Shown piece after piece: positions 9,189 to 17,470 of a stretch of 64,000 nucleotides of DNA; within the stretch, counting starts at the first letter, position 1, and each line of letters begins with the position of its first letter. The DNA lies in the NCBI GenBank assembly GCA_050014195.1, contig JBEKDT010000017.1, positions 44,561-108,560 on the forward strand, given 5' to 3'. The stretch comes from Desulfomonilia bacterium. Its GTDB lineage: Bacteria > Desulfobacterota > Desulfomonilia > UBA1062. The translations under genes were made by a program, and so were the position numbers. Under the pieces are notes generated by a model. It saw nothing but the letters and a program-made list of their open reading frames with translations. It had not been told where the DNA came from and ran no database searches.

Positions 9189-10526
9189 ATGCATCCATTC
9201 ATAGCCAAACATCTCATTTATTATCCAATCCAGCTCCTTAGGGGCCAGATAGTCAGAAGATATAAACACCGGGTTATCTCCTGCCAAATTGCACCTACCA
9301 AAGTGATTTATGAAATCCGTGATAAGAAGATATGTGACCTGATCAAGTATGCCTATAACTATATTCCCTACTATCGTGAAAAATTTGATGAGCGAGATAT
9401 TAATCCAGACCGGATCAAAGGATTTAATGATCTGTCATGTCTTCCAATACTGTCTAAGCTTGATATTTTGACTAATGAACATAATCTCATTTCACACAAT
9501 TGTAGCCAAAAACTGTATACCAGAAAAACCAGCGGATCGACCGGAATGACCCTCCACTTTCAGAAAGAGGCCAGGGCACTGGCGCTCAATGATGCCGTCA
9601 TGTACCGCTGCTATGCATGGTATGGTATCGATATCGGGGATAAACAAGTTAGGTTCTGGGGGGTGCCGGTAGACCCCGCTCTGAGACGAAGGGAAAAGGT
9701 CAAAGACTTCATCCTAAACAGGATCAGGATCTCGGCTTTCGATATCTCCGAGCAATCCTGTCTGGCGCAGTACCAGAGAATAAAGCGGTTTAGGCCGGCA
9801 TATTTTTACGGTTATACTACCGCCATCTACGGTTTCTGCTCCTTTGCACAGAAGCTCGGCCTTGACCTTAATACACTTGGTCTGAGGGCCGTCATCTGCA
9901 CTGCTGAGAAGATGTACCCGCATCATCAGGATCTTTTCGATAAGGTGTTCAAATGCCCTGTGGTTGATGAATACGGTTCCAGCGAGAACGGCATCATCGC
10001 CTTCCAGTGTAAAGAGGGGAGCATGCATGTGATGGCGGATCATCTGGCCGTTGAATTTGTAGATGAAGCCGGGCAGAGGGTTAAACCCGGCGAGCTTGGA
10101 AGGATTGTTATAACGGATCTCAATGGATACGCCATGCCCCTTATACGGTATGAGATAGGCGATATGGGAAGGTATACGGAACAAGCATGTTCATGTGGAG
10201 TAACTTTGCCGGTGATGGACATCATTGAAGGGCGCAAAGAGGATTTCATCCGGACCCGGGAAGGAAAGCTCATCCATGCGGCCTACCTCTGTTATACCCT
10301 GAAGGATGACGCCGTCCATGAATTCAAAATGTATCAGAAGGATCTCAACAGGTTTCTTGTCCAGATAGTCAAATCGAATAAGTTTAATGCAGACTCCCAG
10401 AAGAAGCTCGAACATAAACTCAGGACAGCCCTGGGGGATAGCGTAGTTTTTGAGTTCCAGTTTCTGGAAAGGATTCCGAGAGAGGCATCAGGCAAGCTCA
10501 GATATTTCATCTCTGAAATCCGGTAA
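9189..10526 (+). CDS. Phenylacetate-CoA ligase family / CapK-like adenylate-forming enzyme
   Basis: IPYYR, LPILSK, KTSGSTG P-loop, DEYGSSE, ITDL, MPLIRYEIGD, IEGR, SGKLR. Confidence 0.88.
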   Translation: MHPFIAKHLIYYPIQLLRGQIVRRYKHRVISCQIAPTKVIYEIRDKKICDLIKYAYNYIPYYREKFDERDINPDRIKGFNDLSCLPILSKLDILTNEHNLISHNCSQKLYTRKTSGSTGMTLHFQKEARALALNDAVMYRCYAWYGIDIGDKQVRFWGVPVDPALRRREKVKDFILNRIRISAFDISEQSCLAQYQRIKRFRPAYFYGYTTAIYGFCSFAQKLGLDLNTLGLRAVICTAEKMYPHHQDLFDKVFKCPVVDEYGSSENGIIAFQCKEGSMHVMADHLAVEFVDEAGQRVKPGELGRIVITDLNGYAMPLIRYEIGDMGRYTEQACSCGVTLPVMDIIEGRKEDFIRTREGKLIHAAYLCYTLKDDAVHEFKMYQKDLNRFLVQIVKSNKFNADSQKKLEHKLRTALGDSVVFEFQFLERIPREASGKLRYFISEIR

Positions 10527-10642
10527 CGATTACAGAGAATAATCCAGCAGGCAAAAGGCATAACCTGATAATCATATAAAAAGCTCAACAAGGCCATTGC
10601 GGATGACGTTCAAGAAGGAAAAAAGAGGAGCAGGGAACCGCG

Positions 10643-10912
10643 ATGGAATTGTATGCCGGATTGGATCTGCATTCACAGTACACCTACATTGGAGTGCTTG
10701 AGAAAGGGAGTATGAGGAAGGTGTTTCAGATGAGGGTATCGAATGAACTGCAGAGGATTATCTCTGCACTGGAGCCATTCAGAAATGAGCTCCAAGGTAT
10801 TGCGATAGAGAGTACTTTCAATTGTTACTGGCTTGTGGATGGGCTTATGGGTAGAGGGCAAAAGGGGAAAATCGGGCAGCAGATACAGCTCGAATTCATG
10901 GTGTTTGAATGA
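10643..10912 (+). pseudogene. Truncated IS110-family transposase (N-terminal RuvC-like DEDD domain only)
   Basis: YAGLDLHS and IAIESTFNCYWLVDGLM motifs; similarity ends near aa 68 and runs into unrelated sequence. Confidence 0.8.
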
Positions 10913-10953
10913 AGAATGAACCTAAATCACCAGATCCGATCCTGACCTGGAAA

Positions 10954-11109
10954 TATGCAAAGGTCTCGTATGGAGTGTGGGAATACCACCGGAAAGAGCA
11001 GATAATGGAGGAAATAGGCAGTAAACTAAGCTTTATTTCTTGAGATTTTCATGAAAAAAGCACCAATCAGTTTCCTCCGATTCCTTTCTTGTCCTTGTGC
11101 AAAGGTCTC
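10954..11109 (-). repeat. Two tandem IS-type right-end motifs (TGCAAAGGTCTC), each followed by GTATGGAG
   Basis: tatgcaaaggtctcgtatggag at 10954 and gtgcaaaggtctctgtatggag at 11097. Confidence 0.6.
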
Positions 11110-11128
11110 TGTATGGAGAACATCTCAA

Positions 11129-12223
11129 ATGGACAGTGAAATTTATGATAGATATTCAATCGAAGTGGATAGCATAGGAGCAGAAGAATGGAACACTGTG
11201 CTCAGAGTATTCTCTGATGCGTCTATATTTCAAACATATGAGTATGGGGTCGAAAATTGGGGAAAGAACCATCTTAGTCATATAGTATTAAGAAAGGATA
11301 ATGATATAGTGGCTGCTTCCCAAGTCTGGGTGGTAGAACTCCCGATTTTAAAATGTGGTTTTGCCCATATTCCGTGGGGCCCCATGTGGAAATGCAAAAA
11401 TCGAGAAAGAGATGTACAGACTGTTAGAATGATGCTTAGAGCGCTAAGAGATGAGTATGTGGAAAAGAGAGGACTTCTGCTGAGGTTAAGGGGTTACTCG
11501 GTATCGGGTACGGATGAAGGCAATGAAGTTATTCAACAGTTGAGCGAAGAAGGATTTACGTTCCAAAAGAGGGAAGCCGCATATCGTACGTATCGAATTA
11601 ATCTGACCAAGAGTTTGGAAGAACTGCGTACTAAGTTTAAAGGAAACTGGCGGAGAGATTTAATCAAGGCAGAGAGACAAGATCTAGAGATAGAAATAGG
11701 GAATAGTGTTTCCATGTTAGTGGTATTTTCAGAGATATATAAAGATATGGTTAGGAGAAAAGGCTTTAAAGAGTATGTTGCAGACATGAACAAATACATC
11801 GAAATGCAGAGAAGGTATCGGGATGATTTGAAGATGAATATCTTTTTATGTAAGCATGAGGGAACTTATGTAGCTGGCGCTGTTGTTCCGGCAATAGGTG
11901 ATACGGGGATGTATTTATTAGGGGCAACGAGTACTATATGTTTTGAAAAGAAATTACTTGCTTCTCACCTGATCCAGTGGCGAGTTCTCAGTTGCTTGAA
12001 ATCAAATGGATTCCGATACTATGACTTACGTGGAGGGATCGATGGTGACATGGAGGGAGTTAGGCATTTCAAAAGCGGTCTTTCTGGGGAGGAGATTCAC
12101 TACATAGGTTCGTATGAGTGTTCTCATAGAGTGTTAAGTGAGGTTGCCGTACGTACTGGTGAACATATTCAAAGAATGAAAGCCGGTCTACAAAATTTTG
12201 TGTGGAAGTTAGCAAGTAAATAA
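11129..12223 (+). CDS. FemAB/FemX-like GNAT-fold aminoacyl transferase (ORF open from 11051; likely start 11129 after GGAG)
   Basis: SIFQTYEY, IPWGP, YRTYRINLTKSLEELR..F..NWRR, YLLGAT, LIQW, YYDL, FKSG. Confidence 0.82.
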   Translation: MDSEIYDRYSIEVDSIGAEEWNTVLRVFSDASIFQTYEYGVENWGKNHLSHIVLRKDNDIVAASQVWVVELPILKCGFAHIPWGPMWKCKNRERDVQTVRMMLRALRDEYVEKRGLLLRLRGYSVSGTDEGNEVIQQLSEEGFTFQKREAAYRTYRINLTKSLEELRTKFKGNWRRDLIKAERQDLEIEIGNSVSMLVVFSEIYKDMVRRKGFKEYVADMNKYIEMQRRYRDDLKMNIFLCKHEGTYVAGAVVPAIGDTGMYLLGATSTICFEKKLLASHLIQWRVLSCLKSNGFRYYDLRGGIDGDMEGVRHFKSGLSGEEIHYIGSYECSHRVLSEVAVRTGEHIQRMKAGLQNFVWKLASK

Positions 12224-12314
12224 GCAGATCTTTGAAGTCAATAGCTCTGATAGTGGCCTGGCAATGTCGCTTTCCTGGAAATAATCGTACTATTCGAGAG
12301 GATAAGTTAAACCT

Positions 12315-14018
12315 ATGAAAGGGCGTATTACATTCGGTTACCCCGATGATACGAAAGATGTTATTGTTCGCCTTCAGGGAGAGATATGGTCGATCCAAGG
12401 ACAGTCAACTCAGGGCATGGATATTCTTGAGCGGATTAAAATTGAATACTTGAATAAAGGAGTTGCTCTATTTGAAAAATTAGATGGATCATTTTCTCTT
12501 GTCATCGAAGATCATCAAAAAATGAAACTCTTTCTTGTACGAGACAAGCTCGGCACTATTCCTCTGTATCACGCAAAAAAAAGATGTACATTTACCTGGG
12601 GCAATCTCATAAGTGATATCCTTTCTGACCTGGAAATTGAAACGTCAGCCAATCATGATGTAATTCATGAATACTTAGTGTTTCGTTATGTTAGCGGGAG
12701 GAATACTCTTTTTCAAGGAATTCATGAGCTTTTACCGGCACATTATCTAGAGGTTGACCTTAGAAAAGGAGAAGTAGAGGAAAAGCAGTATTGGGATATT
12801 CCTTATCCCTGTAAATCTGAAATGATTAAAGATAATGATGAAACCTGTGTCGATAAAATAGAAGAGATTCTAATACGTATTCTCAAAAGAACTTTAAGTA
12901 AGAATTGTCGCTATGGAATCATGTTGAGCGGTGGGCTTGATTCAAGCCTGATAGCAGCTCTTGCGTCAAAACATGTTAATCATGGTTTCCCAACATTCTT
13001 TATAGGATTTACAGATTATGAGAGTGATCGCTCTCATGATGCCCAAATGGTAGCAGAAACATATCATATGATCCATTCAAATTTCTATGTTAACTCAAAA
13101 CAGTATGCTGAAGGTCTTATAGAAGCAATCAGAACCAACGAGGAACCACTTAACCATCCCGGTCATGTAGGAAGGGTTCTTTTCGATTCTCATACAAAAG
13201 ATAAAGTTGATGCTCTCCTTATGGGAGAAGGAGTCGATACAATGTTTTGTGGGGCAAAGGCTTACCCACTTCTTAAATATGGTTATATGTTCAATCCATT
13301 CAGGAAATTAACTAGGAGAATATTTTCATTGATAGACCCAGAAATAATTCCCGACTCACATAAGCGGTACTACACAAAGATAAGAGATGCATTTGTCATG
13401 AATGCTGATGAGTATATGATCCGAACTTTTGCAGCGGCAGAATTTCAAGAGGCAAGTGATCTATTGGAGCTTGAGGCTGATATGAGCTATCTTAACTATT
13501 ATAAAAGCTTTATATCTGAATGTACGAGAGAAAATGTTCTTGAGAAATACCTTATGCTCAATCAGCACACATTTATAGTTGAAGTACTGAATTCTGATGC
13601 AAAGTATAGAGAATTAAACCAAATAATTAATTATTATCCATTCCTGGATGTCGAATTACTATCGTTTTCAAATCACATTCCATTTAAAATACGGACCAAG
13701 GGGTTCACGGGAAAATATCTCATCAAGAAACTCGCTGAGAGATATTTTTCCAAGCATTTCATATATCAGCAAAAAGAGGGCTTTGGTGTGCCTTTGAAGA
13801 CCTACTTCCAGGATCCAGAGAGTATGGGGAGATATTTTGACCTCCTTTTGGAGAAGAGGACAATGGAAAGAGGAATTTTTAAAAGGAGAGAACTCTCTAA
13901 TTTTGTTGAAGGATTTCGGAAAGGCGAAATGCCTTCTGAGAGTTATGAGTCTTTGCTCTGGACTGCAATTAACCTTGAGTTATGGTACAGGATTTTTATC
14001 GATAGGAATGGTGTATGA
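12315..14018 (+). CDS. Second asparagine synthetase-like amide ligase lacking the N-terminal catalytic Cys
   Basis: LDGSF, RDKLGTIPLY, LSGGLDSS, GEGVD, YPFLD, KEGFGVP, NLELWYR. Confidence 0.87.
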   Translation: MKGRITFGYPDDTKDVIVRLQGEIWSIQGQSTQGMDILERIKIEYLNKGVALFEKLDGSFSLVIEDHQKMKLFLVRDKLGTIPLYHAKKRCTFTWGNLISDILSDLEIETSANHDVIHEYLVFRYVSGRNTLFQGIHELLPAHYLEVDLRKGEVEEKQYWDIPYPCKSEMIKDNDETCVDKIEEILIRILKRTLSKNCRYGIMLSGGLDSSLIAALASKHVNHGFPTFFIGFTDYESDRSHDAQMVAETYHMIHSNFYVNSKQYAEGLIEAIRTNEEPLNHPGHVGRVLFDSHTKDKVDALLMGEGVDTMFCGAKAYPLLKYGYMFNPFRKLTRRIFSLIDPEIIPDSHKRYYTKIRDAFVMNADEYMIRTFAAAEFQEASDLLELEADMSYLNYYKSFISECTRENVLEKYLMLNQHTFIVEVLNSDAKYRELNQIINYYPFLDVELLSFSNHIPFKIRTKGFTGKYLIKKLAERYFSKHFIYQQKEGFGVPLKTYFQDPESMGRYFDLLLEKRTMERGIFKRRELSNFVEGFRKGEMPSESYESLLWTAINLELWYRIFIDRNGV

Positions 14019-14038
14019 CCAAGGTTAATGGAGGTTGA

Positions 14039-15190
14039 ATGTACACGAATCCTCAGAAATTGGGAATTATTAAACCACTCAGTCACATGAATGAACTTTT
14101 CAAAATCGAGGATATGTGGAGAAATATATATGAAACGGTATCTCCTAATTCAATTTTTATTTCTTTTGACTATATTATGCTGTGGTATAATTGCTTTGCT
14201 AGGCCCGAGCAGGTGAGGGTCTATCCAGCATATGAAGGTGATAAAATTATAGGTTATCTTCCATTAATATTAAATAAAAAAGGGCCATTTCGGTTTCTGT
14301 CAAGCCTTACCAATCTACATTGCTTTCACCCTGCTGCACTAATTGCTGAAGGTTATGAAGAGACATTTTCTAACAGTTGCTTGCACGCAATATTTTCAGA
14401 TAAATGCGGCTGGGATGTTTTTCAATACCGTAGCGGCTACTCCTTCCAATATGGTCTAAGTTTGAGCATACTAAGTCCATTAGCCTATCACTTCAAAGAA
14501 ATCAAACTACCAACATATTCTATGCTTATACCAGGTTCTTTTGAAGAATATTTCAATAAGCATCTATCCCCTCAAATGCGTAAAAATGCAAAAAGCTCAA
14601 AAAAAAGGCTACAAACAGTTCCCTCATATAGATTTTGCCACTATACAGGAGATGATGCTGTTGCATCATGGCCTACGTTTCTATCGATTGAAGATTCTGG
14701 GTGGAAGGGAGTAAAAGGTTCATCATTAAAGAAGCTTCCTCAGAACTATCATTCATATTATGTAGGCCTCATCGATATGTTATCTAAAAATAACCAGTTA
14801 CACATGTATTTTCTCGAAATCAATGGCCACCCTGTTGCGGGTACATTCTGTTATGTGGATCAAGATGTGTTTCACGCTTGGAAGGCCGGATACGTAGAAG
14901 AATTTTCCTCGCTCTCTCCCTCAACCCTGCTCTTACTTTATATCATAGAAGATCTCAATACTAATTTTCCAATGGTGAAACGTCTGCACATGTTTCCTGG
15001 TGATTTTGGCTATAAACACCGTTATGTTAACGAAGAATCTTTTTATTCTGAAGTCGTCTTGTACGATAGAACAATTCTCGGAAGTTCCGCACATATTCTT
15101 TCCCCGATAAAACAAAGAGTTGAGCTACTTCCAGGTATGTCTGCTGCCATTGGGTTTATTAGAAAGCATTTTTTTAGAGATGATGATTAA
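14039..15190 (+). CDS. GNAT-family acyltransferase (CelD/BcsL-like, Acetyltransf_6 type)
   Basis: SFEEY, IEDSGWKG, FLEING.PVA, KAGY...F...SP..LL, YK motifs. Confidence 0.8.
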   Translation: MYTNPQKLGIIKPLSHMNELFKIEDMWRNIYETVSPNSIFISFDYIMLWYNCFARPEQVRVYPAYEGDKIIGYLPLILNKKGPFRFLSSLTNLHCFHPAALIAEGYEETFSNSCLHAIFSDKCGWDVFQYRSGYSFQYGLSLSILSPLAYHFKEIKLPTYSMLIPGSFEEYFNKHLSPQMRKNAKSSKKRLQTVPSYRFCHYTGDDAVASWPTFLSIEDSGWKGVKGSSLKKLPQNYHSYYVGLIDMLSKNNQLHMYFLEINGHPVAGTFCYVDQDVFHAWKAGYVEEFSSLSPSTLLLLYIIEDLNTNFPMVKRLHMFPGDFGYKHRYVNEESFYSEVVLYDRTILGSSAHILSPIKQRVELLPGMSAAIGFIRKHFFRDDD

Positions 15191-15410
15191 CCATACAACG
15201 CAATGTGTGATTTGAGAAGTGTACCGCTCCTTATCTATTCCCTGAACTGAGCCCAGGAAAATAGAGACAGACAGAGATCAATCATCGTAATATCCAGTGT
15301 GTAAACATTCTGATCCAATTACCCCGAAGGATTTTCCGGTATAAAGCGATGCCTGCCTGCCAAGGCTTCGCTTAGGTTATTTCGATTAATGAGAACATCT
15401 TGATTTAGGC

Positions 15411-15427
15411 TGTCGGGAATCTTTACA
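15411..15427. promoter_or_regulatory. Putative enhancer-binding site for a sigma54 activator (PrsR-type), copy 1: TGTCGGGAATCTTTACA
   Basis: 17-bp TGTCG-N6-TTTACA box repeated at 15514 and 16379, upstream of a PEP-CTERM gene. Confidence 0.7.
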
Positions 15428-15513
15428 ATTCTAAATTTATCATCTTTATTTATGAATATCAAACACATATAAGCTATTATACCAACGAATTAATTAAAAT
15501 TAATTCATAAAAT

Positions 15514-15530
15514 TGTCGAAATACTTTACA
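15514..15530. promoter_or_regulatory. Putative enhancer-binding site, copy 2: TGTCGAAATACTTTACA
   Basis: Same box about 65 bp upstream of the -24 element. Confidence 0.7.
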
Positions 15531-15595
15531 CAAATACTCCGATATTTATCTTGTCTGGAGTAATTAAAGCTTGTAAATCAAAGAGATACGTTAAT

Positions 15596-15611
15596 TGGCA
15601 TTAATATTGTA
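15596..15611 (+). promoter_or_regulatory. Sigma54 promoter of the PEP-CTERM gene (TGGCATTAATATTGTA; GT variant at -12)
   Basis: Correct -24/-12 spacing, AT-rich IHF-like stretch upstream, AGGAGG RBS downstream. Confidence 0.65.
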
Positions 15612-15645
15612 TAACTATCATTAATAAAAATATACAGGAGGTCAT

Positions 15646-16278
15646 ATGAAAAAAACTTTCATGACAATCGCAGCACTTTTTATTGTGCTCGGATTCACAG
15701 CATCAGTAGGAGCAACTACAATTCAAATTGTCGGCAGCTATTCGACTCTGGATTCGCTGACCTTCACTCTTCTTGGCCACACCTACCACGACCAGTTGGT
15801 GGGTGAGTTTAATCTCCTTATCGATAGCAAGCCGGAAACAGGATATTGTGTTGACTTGGGTCATCTTTTATATGTTCCCAGCGGACCCTTTAATGTAAAC
15901 CTTACTAGCGATCTGACCGATGAGGGCGATGTCCCCAACGGGTATGAAGCAGCATGGTTGTGGAACTATGTGGGTGATGCTCTAGATAAGGACCATAGAG
16001 CAGCGTTGCAGTTGGCAATATGGGATGTTGTGTTTGGGCCGGTTACCGGTATCTCCGAGCCGGCAGTCGCCGCAGAATACAATGCTTACTTAGCAGATCT
16101 TGCATTATATAGCTCATTTAATGGTGCAGGGTATGCTATTGCTGAACTAGGTGACCTACGCACACCATACCAGGATCTGCTGGTAAAAACCCCCGCCCCC
16201 GTTCCTGAGCCCATGACACTGTTGCTTCTCGGGTCAGGTCTTCTCGGACTGGCAGGATTCAGAAGGAAGATGAAATAG
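15646..16278 (+). CDS. PEP-CTERM sorting-domain surface protein with thioester-domain-like motifs
   Basis: Signal peptide; YCVDL and ALQLAIW motifs; C-terminal VPEP + TM helix + RRKMK. Confidence 0.93.
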   Translation: MKKTFMTIAALFIVLGFTASVGATTIQIVGSYSTLDSLTFTLLGHTYHDQLVGEFNLLIDSKPETGYCVDLGHLLYVPSGPFNVNLTSDLTDEGDVPNGYEAAWLWNYVGDALDKDHRAALQLAIWDVVFGPVTGISEPAVAAEYNAYLADLALYSSFNGAGYAIAELGDLRTPYQDLLVKTPAPVPEPMTLLLLGSGLLGLAGFRRKMK

Positions 16279-16305
16279 TAATACAACATATTGACTGGGT
16301 TTCAG

Positions 16306-16340
16306 AGGCAGGGCCATTGAAAGGCCCTGCCTTTTTATTT
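16306..16340 (+). terminator. Rho-independent terminator
   Basis: AGGCAGGGCC-loop-GGCCCTGCCT followed by a T-rich tract. Confidence 0.85.
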
Positions 16341-16378
16341 ATTAGGATATCTTGTTCAAATATTTAAATTTTGATAAC

Positions 16379-16395
16379 TGTCGATATTCTTTACA
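16379..16395. promoter_or_regulatory. Orphan third enhancer box TGTCGATATTCTTTACA
   Basis: Same motif and orientation as 15411/15514 but downstream of the terminator. Confidence 0.55.
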
Positions 16396-16486
16396 GTCAG
16401 ATATATGAGAATCAATCCCATTCATGCTTTTATATGAACTGTAGATAACTGCGGTGCGCGATATAAATCTCAGATGACACTTTTAG

Positions 16487-16628
16487 GAGACCTTTGTATA
16501 ACCCTATGTCAGTCATTGCGAGCGTAGCGAAGCAATCCCTGCATCTTGGCACATTCTAGGTTTGTCGAGATTGCCATGTCGCCTTTGGTTCCTCGCAATG
16601 ACCGATTAGTAGGCTTTGCAAAGGTTTC
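16487..16628. mobile_element. 142-bp MITE-like element with IS-type terminal IRs and an internal nested palindrome
   Basis: GAGACCTTTGTATAACC...GGCTTTGCAAAGGTTTC ends; internal GTCATTGCGAG (16512)...CTCGCAATGAC (16602) and GCAATC...GATTGC pairs. Confidence 0.75.
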
Positions 16629-16636
16629 AATAGGGA

Positions 16637-16673
16637 GATGACCAACCTGATGTTTTCATCGGGATTGGTCATC
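16637..16673. repeat. Stem-loop GATGACCAACCTGATG-TTTT-CATCGGGATTGGTCATC
   Basis: Near-perfect inverted repeat. Confidence 0.65.
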
Positions 16674-16680
16674 ATTCTTT

Positions 16681-16777
16681 ATAGGAGCTATTTTAGACGC
16701 GATGTGGTGGTGGGGAAGGCCTTGTGCCCGCCCTTTCTTTATTGTCACGCCATGATCGCGAATAAATTCGCTCCTAC
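16681..16777. repeat. REP/BIME-like pair (GTAG-type REP)
   Basis: Minus strand GTAGGAGCGAATTTATTCGCGAT (16755-16777) faces a degenerate ATAGGAGCTATTTTAGACGCGAT (16681-16703); a second REP-like GTGGGGAAGGCCTTGTGCCCGCCCT lies between them. Confidence 0.65.
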
Positions 16778-16836
16778 GGGGTGGTAGGGAATGCCGGGTG
16801 TAGATCATAGAATGAAGTCAGTCCCTTGCAGCACGA

Positions 16837-17466
16837 TTACTTTTTATATCGCTTCAACAATATGTTTACACTATATTTATTCAAGAAATATACCTTTACT
16901 AAAAGTAAGATAGGTTTAGCTCCAAGTTTTTGCTTGAACCTCATTGCGGATATATTGAAGTATTCGGTTATACTATAGATCTTATAACAACCCATTCCAT
17001 GGAGATGTTTATAAAACTGAAGTCTAAGATATGGTGCTATGCCCCTACCTCGGTACTCCTCTACTGTAAGAGCATTGGACAGATATGCTTCATCATGGTC
17101 CAACAGAAAAGGATAAAGGTTTGAATCACACTCCCGTGTATTACACCACATATGTGCGATAATACGAGTCCCGCACATAAGGCCAAGGCATAACCACCCT
17201 CTTTCCAACCTCTCCAGCAGTATCTCCTCTGTCTCCTTTACACCGGGTGTCTCTGATACCTGTTTCATATCTAAAGATCCCAGTAAGAGCAGATTAAATT
17301 CATCTGCATTCATCTTAATGCTGATGGCAGAGTGTGTAAGTGATCCGAGTCCTTCCTCCATCACATAAAAAGGCACTATACGGACCAATGACTTGGATAT
17401 GTCATAGAGAGATTGTAGTAAAGAATGCTTATTAATAAATTCTTTTGTTCTGAATAAAGGGTTCAT
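16837..17466 (-). CDS. GNAT family N-acetyltransferase
   Basis: AYLSNALTVEEYRGRGIA acetyl-CoA loop, N..A.RF..KLG; start chosen 4 nt after the BKACE stop. Confidence 0.8.
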   Translation of the reverse strand: MNPLFRTKEFINKHSLLQSLYDISKSLVRIVPFYVMEEGLGSLTHSAISIKMNADEFNLLLLGSLDMKQVSETPGVKETEEILLERLERGWLCLGLMCGTRIIAHMWCNTRECDSNLYPFLLDHDEAYLSNALTVEEYRGRGIAPYLRLQFYKHLHGMGCYKIYSITEYFNISAMRFKQKLGAKPILLLVKVYFLNKYSVNILLKRYKK

Positions 17467-17470
17467 AATT

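Noticed and set aside
6119-14018. Lasso peptide cyclase interpretation of the Cys-less AsnB proteins
   Set aside because: No PqqD/RRE, B2 protease or precursor peptide seen; the context is glycosyltransferases
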